Positions 1-6,964 of a stretch of 32,000 bases of DNA are shown here, one piece after another (the stretch's first letter is position 1; every line of letters starts with the position of its first letter). The position numbers were made by a program, and so were the translations under genes. The DNA comes from Pseudoalteromonas translucida KMM 520. GTDB lineage: Bacteria; Pseudomonadota; Gammaproteobacteria; Enterobacterales; Alteromonadaceae. Below the pieces are notes generated by a model. The model was not told where the DNA came from and ran no database searches. It saw only the letters and a program-made list of their open reading frames with translations. The stretch is taken from contig NZ_CP011035.1 in NCBI RefSeq assembly GCF_001465295.1, positions 1-32,000 of the forward strand. The letters are read 5' to 3'.

Positions 1-159
1 TACTTAACCATACTTAACCTTTCTATTTATACTAAGAGATATTAAGCATGTAAAAATATTATTAGATGTCTTGTTTATAAAACACATGTCACTATAAATA
101 GTTGTTTACAGCAAATTGAATGGACATTATACTAACAGCCTAACTTTGAGGAATTAAGT

Positions 160-1398
160 ATGTCTATCAATAATAATGCGCTAAGTACCTACCGGCTTTT
201 GAAAGCAACTGCTGAAGTTGCTGAAAAGTCACTAGAAGGACGTATACAACATTATCGCGCTCATCTTAAATCTGAAGAAAAAGAATTAAGAACTTATACG
301 CAAAAAGCTGCTGCCGATCTGCTTGGTTGTAACAATCGTACCTTAAAAAGACGCCACGACAATGGTGATTTTGATAATTTAAATATCAAACGTGGTGCTA
401 ATGGTCATTATGCTTACACTTTGGTAAATATTTTTGCCATGGCCGATATTATGGATATTCAGCCAGATCACCGTACTGGAGATGACAAACTACAAGTTAT
501 TGTAATTAACTCCCTAAAAGGCGGTTGTGGTAAAACAACTAGTATGGTTAATATTGCAGCAGCACTGGCAACTACAAATATAAAACGCTACCGTATTGGT
601 ATTATTGATTTAGATCCTCAAGGTTCATCATCTAGCTTTTTTCCATCAGCAGAGCCCGATCCAATCACCGTTGGCGATTTAATGCGTGATTGTATTGAAT
701 TAGACGAAGGTGAAACGTGGCCTGAATTTGTATCAAGCTCATTTTTACCTACACATATTCCAAATATTCGTGTTTTACCATCTGGTATGGATGATTTTTA
801 TTTTGAACACGAAACAGCAACTTTACTCAAAGACACCTCAAATTACGAACAAACCCGTCATTATCATAAGTTACTTGAAAAAGTAATAGACCCAGTAAAA
901 GACGAGTTTGATGTGTTATTAATCGACACAGCACCAACCCTTAACTTTATGTTTTATAATGCATTAATGGCATCTACAGCGATGCTAATACCAGTTCACC
1001 CTGAAGCGGTAGACTTTGATGCTAATAATAAATATTTAAAACGTTTAGGCGAGATTTATCATACAGTTGCAGCCCTAGGCCATGAAGGATGGGACTTTAT
1101 GCAGTTTTTAGTAACTAACTATGTAAAAGGTAACCATTCACAACGCGATATTGTTAAAGATGTTCGTAGTGCTTTTGGTCGTCAAGTAATGAGTTACCCA
1201 ATTAATCATAGCTCAGCAATAACAGCCAGTTCGTCTTCTTTTAACACTATTTTTGATCAAAAAGCGTCAGATAGTTTAGCTAGTCGCGAATCGTTAATGC
1301 GTGCCCAAGAAAATATAAAAGATGTAGTTGATGAGCTTGAAATGCTGATCCGCTCTAATTGGCAATCTACACAATCAAAACTAAATACCCCTAAGTAA
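160..1398 (+). CDS. parA: Type Ia partition ATPase ParA (long form with N-terminal HTH extension)
   Basis: 412-aa ORF. Deviant Walker A KGGCGKTT; IIDLDPQG and VLLIDTAP motifs. About 110-aa N-terminal extension with HTH-like TQKAAADLLGCNNRTLKRR, as in P1 ParA, F SopA and Vibrio ParA2. GAGG Shine-Dalgarno upstream of the ATG. parB starts 16 nt downstream. Confidence 0.9.
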   Translation: MSINNNALSTYRLLKATAEVAEKSLEGRIQHYRAHLKSEEKELRTYTQKAAADLLGCNNRTLKRRHDNGDFDNLNIKRGANGHYAYTLVNIFAMADIMDIQPDHRTGDDKLQVIVINSLKGGCGKTTSMVNIAAALATTNIKRYRIGIIDLDPQGSSSSFFPSAEPDPITVGDLMRDCIELDEGETWPEFVSSSFLPTHIPNIRVLPSGMDDFYFEHETATLLKDTSNYEQTRHYHKLLEKVIDPVKDEFDVLLIDTAPTLNFMFYNALMASTAMLIPVHPEAVDFDANNKYLKRLGEIYHTVAALGHEGWDFMQFLVTNYVKGNHSQRDIVKDVRSAFGRQVMSYPINHSSAITASSSSFNTIFDQKASDSLASRESLMRAQENIKDVVDELEMLIRSNWQSTQSKLNTPK

Positions 1399-1413
1399 GG
1401 ATGTTAAACAAAA

Positions 1414-2376
1414 ATGGCTAAAAAACGTAAAAATGACACCCGCTTAGACCCTTTTGCAACAGCGGTCGGTAGTAGTAGTCTTGATGCTTTATTAGAGCAA
1501 GCAAACGCAGGCGATGTAATTCGTATGCCTGCACCAAGCGATCCTACCCGAGAAATTACCCTAGTTTGTAAAGTAATTTCCCATAGTGACATTGAGTCAA
1601 CAACCCAGGTATATGGCAAAAACCGCCGAGTACAATCGCTGTTAAATGAAAAGTCGGTATCCGACATTCTACCGGCAATAAAAGAAGATGGCCGTAATCA
1701 ACACCCGGCACTTCTGTGGGATCAAGGTGATACAAGCTTAGTACTTGCGGGATCACGCCGTCGTAAAGCCTGCATTTTGGGTAATGCCGATTATTTAGTA
1801 TTAAGCTCTAGTGACTTTACCGATAAAGATGCAAAAATTTTAGCTGTTTCCTCGGATCAATACATAGCACCTAGCTTATGGGAACTTGGACAAGCTTATC
1901 AAAACACTAAAAATGAATTAATTGAGCAAGGTAAAAAAGGTTCCTACCGTGAAATTGCAGTTATTGAGGGCGTGTCGCACACCGCGGTTGCCGATGCAAT
2001 AAAAGCATACGAGCAAATCCCAGCAGATATTGTTGCACTTTACCCTACCGCTAATCATGTTGGTCGTGAAGTGGCTAAAAAGCTAATTAGCGCAAAGGAG
2101 CGCGACCAAGCAGCCTTTAACCAGCTAGTTGCTGACATTGCTAATCATGAAGACATAAACGCAGCAGCAAGCGATGACAAGCGTGCAATGGCTATTACTA
2201 AGTATTTAACTACCGAACCAAAAATAGCCGTTAAACGTGAAGTTGTGCTTGAGAGTAACTTTGTTTCAGTACAGCGCAGTTTAAAAAATGGTGATGTTTC
2301 AATAAAAATAAACAATAAAGTTATGACAGACAAGCGCTTAGAGCAACTTACTAAGCTATTAGCTGCATTTAACTAG
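1414..2376 (+). CDS. parB: Partition protein ParB (centromere-binding)
   Basis: 320-aa ORF directly after parA. Arginine patch LVLAGSRRRKACIL (ParB/Srx box). HTH-like segment SYREIAVIEGVSHTAVADAIKAY. Confidence 0.85.
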   Translation: MAKKRKNDTRLDPFATAVGSSSLDALLEQANAGDVIRMPAPSDPTREITLVCKVISHSDIESTTQVYGKNRRVQSLLNEKSVSDILPAIKEDGRNQHPALLWDQGDTSLVLAGSRRRKACILGNADYLVLSSSDFTDKDAKILAVSSDQYIAPSLWELGQAYQNTKNELIEQGKKGSYREIAVIEGVSHTAVADAIKAYEQIPADIVALYPTANHVGREVAKKLISAKERDQAAFNQLVADIANHEDINAAASDDKRAMAITKYLTTEPKIAVKREVVLESNFVSVQRSLKNGDVSIKINNKVMTDKRLEQLTKLLAAFN

Positions 2377-2580
2377 TTAGTAAAATAATGATCTACAAGG
2401 GTGTTTGCTTAGTTAAATATTGATCTGAATACCCTTTGAGTTAGTAAAAAACTGATCCCATATAGCTAAACTTAAGCATAAAAGTGTAACTTACTTATAT
2501 TAGATCAGATTTTTACTAACTAAATTGCCTTTTTATCTTAGATCCTTCCTGTTTCGCGCTTTGTTAGTATAAAGCTGATC
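2377..2580. repeat. Array of five 17-mers TTAGTAAAAWNNTGATC; candidate partition centromere or iteron array
   Basis: Copies at 2377-2393, 2409-2425, 2441-2457, 2503-2519 (inverted) and 2564-2580. Degenerate relatives near 2599 and 2679-2695 (inverted, GATT). The first three starts are exactly 32 bp apart and later ones about 61-62 bp apart. Each copy ends in GATC. The array begins at the base after the parB stop codon. Confidence 0.7.
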
Positions 2581-2800
2581 TGTAAACCCCCTTCTTTGTT
2601 AGTAAGTTGTTTTTAACTTGTGAGTTAGCTGTGTTCTTTATTTTAAATAAATAATAATTAGCCCGGTATTTAGCTATAAATCAATTTTTTACTAAGCGCT
2701 CAGCTCCAACCAGTTTATTTAACGTTAATATTGCTTTAGCTCAGAGCATATAAGGCATATACTAAAAAAATTGTTTTTAAAATTTAATACTTTGAGTGAC

Positions 2801-5800
2801 ATGTCTGCTAACTTATCTAAAACTGATCTAATGGCTATTTTTGAAGAAATTAAAAATGAGCAGGCTACCCAGTTTCCTCTTTCTGAACGCTTCATTAAAA
2901 AATTGTTTAAGCCCGCCGTATTGGCTAAAGGTAAAGCGTATTATAAAAACGGCCAAATTAGCTGGTTAGAGCATAATAGCGATTTTTCAGTTGTGGATTC
3001 AACAGTACGTGGCGACAAAGGTATTTCGTTTAATCAACGTATTGAGATCAGTAAAGTACCTACTGGTTACTCGGTAGACACTCACTGTACTTGTAACGTT
3101 AAAACGAAATGCCGCCACCTAGCTGCTATTTTACTCAAGCTTAAAATAGAACACTCTGGTGAGTACGGCGAAGACTACTTTATTAATGATTGGTTTACTG
3201 AGCTCGGAGCACTTAAAAACAGCACCGAACAACCACCTTCACAAGTGCTTTTATTTGTATTAGATATAGAAAACAATAAAGTGTTTTTAACGCCAAAAAT
3301 AGCTAATTACGATGAAAATCAAAGCTATGCCTTAGGCCGTAACCTTACCGAACAACAGCTAAACAGCTTTGTAACTCCTAGCGATTTATTAGAAAGCGAC
3401 TTTAGATTATTTAGCTGGATACGCTCACAAAATGCAGTAGGTAATATTGAGCTTAAAGGGCAATGGGGTTTTAACGCACTACAACAACTTATAGCAACCG
3501 ATAGGTTGTTTTTACAACGATCACGCGTATCTATTAAAGCGCAAACAGGTCAAGCGTTAAGCTTTAGTTGGCAGCAAGTAAAAGATCTTACCCAATTAAA
3601 AGTTAATTTAGAAAACAGCAAAAATTGGACACTAATTAAAACTACGCCACCTACTTATTTAGATCTCGATACTTATAAAGTAGGACGTATTCGCACGCCC
3701 TTAAGTGCAGATGAAATTGCCCACTTACAAACAATTCCAGCATTACACGATACTAATTTTGACCGTATTTATAAACAACTCGCTGATAACTTTGGCTCGG
3801 GTGTTATTCCGCATCCCACTAATGAAAAAAACAATACCTCAAAACTCTCTAGTAATGCTGTTTTAAAGGTAACAATGTCGGCGGAAGGCTTAACACTTTC
3901 GTTATTATTTAAATATAAAAATAAAAACTATTTGGCAGGCACCGCGCCAGAAACTCTAGTAAATAGTGCTTTTGAAAACACTGTAAAAAATGAGCTAATA
4001 AATTTAGGTTTCGATTTTTGTAAAGGGGGTTTACAAAGCGAGTTTATTTTTAATAAACAATCGCCCATTCATTTACACTGGTTAGTATATGAGGTGTTTC
4101 CTAGCTTTGTACAACGTGGCTGGAAAGTATCGGTTAGTAAAGTAAATGCTGTTAACCCACAAAGCCAAGTAGCTTTGCATGTGCACCGTACTGCGGGCCA
4201 TCAAATGCAGTGCAAAATTATATTAAACGATGCTAAAGCTACGTTATTATTTAATCAAACTGATGCTCATTATGAATCGTTAAATCGTCAAAGTGAGTTG
4301 TTTTATTACTACCCAATAGGTCGTGAGTTTGGCGCTATAAATAAAGCAGCGTTGCATTTGTTAAATGAGTTTAAACAACGATTTGAATTTATAAAAACCA
4401 GAGATGAGTTTAATATTCCGCTTTCATACTTGCCTGAACTGGTAAGTCATACTGCTATAAATGTTGAACTACACGACGAATCATTGTCGCGTTATTTAGA
4501 AGAGCTAAATAGTAATGACCAGTCGCGCCCCACTACGCTTATACAAGGGTTAAATGACTCAGTTGTATTGCGCGAGTATCAGCAGCAAGGGGTTGCGTGG
4601 TTAAACTTTTTAAAGCGTCATCAGCTTGGCGGAATTTTAGCAGACGACATGGGCTTAGGTAAAACACTGCAAGTTATTGCTTACCTAACAAGTAGTTATA
4701 ATAATGCGCAGGCAGGCCCTACACTTATTGTGTGCCCTACAAGCCTAGTAAGCAATTGGGAAAAAGAAATAACCAAGTTTGCTAAAAACTTAAAAGTAAC
4801 CACTATTTTTGGTGCCCAGCGTAATGAGTTATTACAAAATGTAGCGCAAGCACAATGTATATTAACTACTTATCCGCTACTTAAACGCGATATTGCGTAT
4901 TATTCACCACTTTATTTTGAAAATATTATACTCGACGAAGCGCAATATATTAAAAACGATACCGCCCAGGTATCGCGTTTAGTAAAGCGCCTTAATGCCG
5001 ACTTTAAGCTTTGCTTAAGTGGTACGCCAATAGAGAACAACTTGTTTGAGCTTAAATCATTACTTGATTTTGCTATGCCGTCATTACTTGGCTCACAAAC
5101 GCATTTTAAAACTCACTTTCAAACGCCAATTGAGCGTGAGAGCAATGCAGAGCGAGCACAGCAGCTTAAAGACTTAATTATGCCGTTTATATTACGCCGT
5201 ACTAAAGCGCAAGTTGCTCAAGAGTTACCGCTAAAAACAGAGTTAATTAAAGAGTTTGAATTTGAGCCAAAACAAAAAGAAATGTACCACAGTATTACCC
5301 AGGCATTAGAAGAAAAACTAACTGATCTGTTTTCTGAACAAGGCATGCAAAAAAGTAAACTTGCCTTTTTAGAAGCACTGCTAAAATTAAGGCAAATTTG
5401 TTGTCACCCTAAATTAATAGAACCAACAACTCAGGCCGGCAGTGCAAAGCTAGAATGGCTAAGTAATCGCTTACCGCTAATGCTAAGCCTAGGTAGAAAA
5501 GTAATTATATTTAGTCAGTTTACTTCTGCGCTCGATCTTATTGCTGAACGTCTAAAAGAAATAAATATAAACTTTAGTTTATTAACCGGACAAACACGCC
5601 AGCGCGATAAAGTAATTGATGAGTTTACCAGTGGTGCAACATCGGTGTTTTTAATTAGTTTAAAAGCCGGTGGTACGGGGCTTAATTTAACGCAAGCCGA
5701 CACGGTAATTCATTACGATCCTTGGTGGAACCCAGCAGTAGAAAAACAAGCCACAGATCGTGCTTATCGTATTGGCCAAACTAACCCAGTGTTTGTGTAT

Positions 5801-5947
5801 AAACTTATTATGGCAAATTCAATTGAAGAAAAAGTATTTAAAATGCAACAAGACAAGCAAGCTCTTGTAGATGCATTATTTACCGAAAAATCAATGAGTT
5901 TTACCCAGTTTGACGAGCAACAAATGCTCTCTTTAATTAAAGATTAA
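2801..5947 (+). CDS. SNF2-family helicase with N-terminal SWIM zinc finger
   Basis: SWIM CxC..CxH signature HCTCNVKTKCRH. SNF2 motifs LADDMGLGKT (I), LDEAQYIKN (II), LSGTPIEN (III), SLKAGGTGLNLT and QATDRAYRIGQ (V/VI). The ORF track starts at TTG 2771; I prefer ATG 2801 (MSANLSK), but the start is uncertain. Confidence 0.85.
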   Translation: MSANLSKTDLMAIFEEIKNEQATQFPLSERFIKKLFKPAVLAKGKAYYKNGQISWLEHNSDFSVVDSTVRGDKGISFNQRIEISKVPTGYSVDTHCTCNVKTKCRHLAAILLKLKIEHSGEYGEDYFINDWFTELGALKNSTEQPPSQVLLFVLDIENNKVFLTPKIANYDENQSYALGRNLTEQQLNSFVTPSDLLESDFRLFSWIRSQNAVGNIELKGQWGFNALQQLIATDRLFLQRSRVSIKAQTGQALSFSWQQVKDLTQLKVNLENSKNWTLIKTTPPTYLDLDTYKVGRIRTPLSADEIAHLQTIPALHDTNFDRIYKQLADNFGSGVIPHPTNEKNNTSKLSSNAVLKVTMSAEGLTLSLLFKYKNKNYLAGTAPETLVNSAFENTVKNELINLGFDFCKGGLQSEFIFNKQSPIHLHWLVYEVFPSFVQRGWKVSVSKVNAVNPQSQVALHVHRTAGHQMQCKIILNDAKATLLFNQTDAHYESLNRQSELFYYYPIGREFGAINKAALHLLNEFKQRFEFIKTRDEFNIPLSYLPELVSHTAINVELHDESLSRYLEELNSNDQSRPTTLIQGLNDSVVLREYQQQGVAWLNFLKRHQLGGILADDMGLGKTLQVIAYLTSSYNNAQAGPTLIVCPTSLVSNWEKEITKFAKNLKVTTIFGAQRNELLQNVAQAQCILTTYPLLKRDIAYYSPLYFENIILDEAQYIKNDTAQVSRLVKRLNADFKLCLSGTPIENNLFELKSLLDFAMPSLLGSQTHFKTHFQTPIERESNAERAQQLKDLIMPFILRRTKAQVAQELPLKTELIKEFEFEPKQKEMYHSITQALEEKLTDLFSEQGMQKSKLAFLEALLKLRQICCHPKLIEPTTQAGSAKLEWLSNRLPLMLSLGRKVIIFSQFTSALDLIAERLKEININFSLLTGQTRQRDKVIDEFTSGATSVFLISLKAGGTGLNLTQADTVIHYDPWWNPAVEKQATDRAYRIGQTNPVFVYKLIMANSIEEKVFKMQQDKQALVDALFTEKSMSFTQFDEQQMLSLIKD

Positions 5948-6008
5948 AATATTTTTAAATATCCAGATCTTTTTTGAACTTAATTAAATATGCAGCGTCT
6001 ACTATTAT

Positions 6009-6112
6009 GCTAGCGGTTGAATTGCAGTTTAACCAAGCATTATGTTGATTTCCCATTTAGTTACTTAAATAAGTAATGATTTAGCCAGCCCACTTTAGGG
6101 CTGGCTTTTTTT
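6009..6112 (+). ncRNA. Candidate sRNA, tandem copy 1 of 5
   Basis: Promoter GAACTT (5976-5981), 16-nt spacer, TCTAC (5998-6002). Stem-loop 1 GGTTGAA/TTTAACC, conserved unpaired CATTATGTTGATTTCCC, stem-loop 2 TTACTTA/TAAGTAA. Terminator AGCCAGCCC (6083-6091)/GGGCTGGCT (6098-6106) plus a T-run to 6112. The 5' end is estimated from promoter geometry. Confidence 0.55.
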
Positions 6113-6196
6113 ATGCCTTTTTTACACGGCTGCTTTGCACATAAACTTAAGTTTATTTTTTTTGAACTTAATTAAATATTCAACGTCTACTATATT

Positions 6197-6301
6197 GCTA
6201 GCGGTTGAATTGCAGTTCAACCAAGTTTCATGTTGATCCCCCCCTATTTAGTTACTAAATTTAGTAATGATTAAGCCAACTCATTTGAGTTGGTTTTTTT
6301 T
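6197..6301 (+). ncRNA. Candidate sRNA, tandem copy 2 of 5
   Basis: GAACTT (6164-6169), 16-nt spacer, TCTAC (6186-6190). Perfect stem-loop 1 GGTTGAA-TTGCAG-TTCAACC. Stem-loop 2 is the palindrome TTACTAAATTTAGTAA. Terminator AGCCAACTCA/TGAGTTGGTT plus a T-run to 6301. Confidence 0.55.
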
Positions 6302-6391
6302 GCAAAAAATTACTTAGTAGCCCTCTAAACAACATATAAATAAATTTAAATTATTATTGAACTAAATACTCAACTTGCCGTCTACTATTAT

Positions 6392-6496
6392 GCTTGTTAT
6401 TACATTGCAGTTAATTCAAGTTTCATGTTGATTCCCCTATTTAGTTACTAAGTTTAGTAATGATTGAGCCAGCTCGTTTGAGTTGGCTTTTTTTTT
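6392..6496 (+). ncRNA. Candidate sRNA, tandem copy 3 of 5
   Basis: GAACTA (6359-6364), 16-nt spacer, TCTAC (6381-6385). Stem-loop 1 is rebuilt with different bases (CTTG..ATTA / TAAT..CAAG) around the same TTGCAG loop. Terminator GAGCCAGCTCG/TGAGTTGGCT plus a T-run to 6496. Confidence 0.55.
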
Positions 6497-6585
6497 GCAA
6501 AAAATACTTAGTAGCCCTCTAAACAACTTATAAATAAATTTAAATTATTGTTGAACCAAATATTAAATTTGCCGTCTACTATTAT

Positions 6586-6690
6586 GCTTGTTATTACATT
6601 GCAGTTAATTCAAGTTTCATGTTGATTCCCCTATTTAGTTACTAAGTTTAGTAATGATTGAGCCAGCTCGTTGGAGTTGGCTTTTTTTTT
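6586..6690 (+). ncRNA. Candidate sRNA, tandem copy 4 of 5
   Basis: GAACCA (6553-6558), 16-nt spacer, TCTAC (6575-6579). The transcribed part is identical to copy 3 except one base in the terminator. T-run ends at 6690. Confidence 0.55.
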
Positions 6691-6778
6691 GCAAAAATAC
6701 TTAGCAGCCCTCTAAACAACATATAAATAAATTTAAATTATTGTTGAACTAAATACTCAACTTGCCGTCTACTATTAT

Positions 6779-6880
6779 GCTTGTGGTGAATTGTTGTTAA
6801 CGCCAGTTTCATGTTGATTTCCCTATTTGGTTACTAGTTTTAGTAATGTTAGGCCAACCTTTTGTAGGTTGGCTTTTTTT
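6779..6880 (+). ncRNA. Candidate sRNA, tandem copy 5 of 5
   Basis: GAACTA (6746-6751), 16-nt spacer, TCTAC (6768-6772). Divergent stem-loop 1, conserved CATGTTGATTTCCC segment, stem-loop 2 TTACTA/TAGTAA. Terminator AGGCCAACCT/AGGTTGGCT plus a T-run to 6880. Confidence 0.5.
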
Positions 6881-6964
6881 ATGCCTTTAATTTATATCCC
6901 GCCCTACTGCTATCGATAGTTATTCGTTATGATGGCATGTCTCTAAATTTAATAAGTTTATTTT

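Noticed and set aside
1404-2333. Minus-strand track ORFs 1404-1667, 1556-1756 and 2145-2333
   Set aside because: They lie entirely antisense within parB, have no Shine-Dalgarno or recognisable motifs and are low-complexity. These are shadow ORFs.
2377-2770. Vibrio-type parS2 (TTTACA-N-TGTAAA) or DnaA boxes (TTATCCACA) near the par locus
   Set aside because: Neither consensus is present in this region. The TGTAA/TTACA hairpins elsewhere have the half-sites in the opposite arrangement.
6016-6030. Sigma54-type promoter reading of the conserved TTGCAG in the sRNA units
   Set aside because: The upstream GG is only 9 nt from the GC of TTGCA, whereas the -24/-12 geometry needs 12. The GG is absent in copies 3-5. 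TTGCAG fits better as the loop of stem-loop 1.
6042-6068. Tiny ORF starting at the conserved ATGTTGAT inside each repeat unit (for example MLISHLVT, MLIPPI, MLIPLFSY)
   Set aside because: There is no Shine-Dalgarno. Indels in the C-run change the frame and length between copies, while RNA hairpins are preserved. Conservation is therefore at the RNA level, not the peptide level.
6066-6080. Resemblance between the sRNA stem-loop 2 region (TTAGTAATGAT) and the parB-proximal 17-mer (TTAGTAAAAnnnTGATC)
   Set aside because: The match is short and AT-rich with different spacing, so it is most likely coincidence. It is not used as evidence.
5974-6880. Reading the five repeats as integron attC sites, a CRISPR array or replication iterons
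   Set aside because: There is no attC R/L box organisation and no short identical repeat with unique spacers. Each unit is about 190 bp with its own promoter-like element and a GC-rich hairpin plus T-run, which fits gene units.
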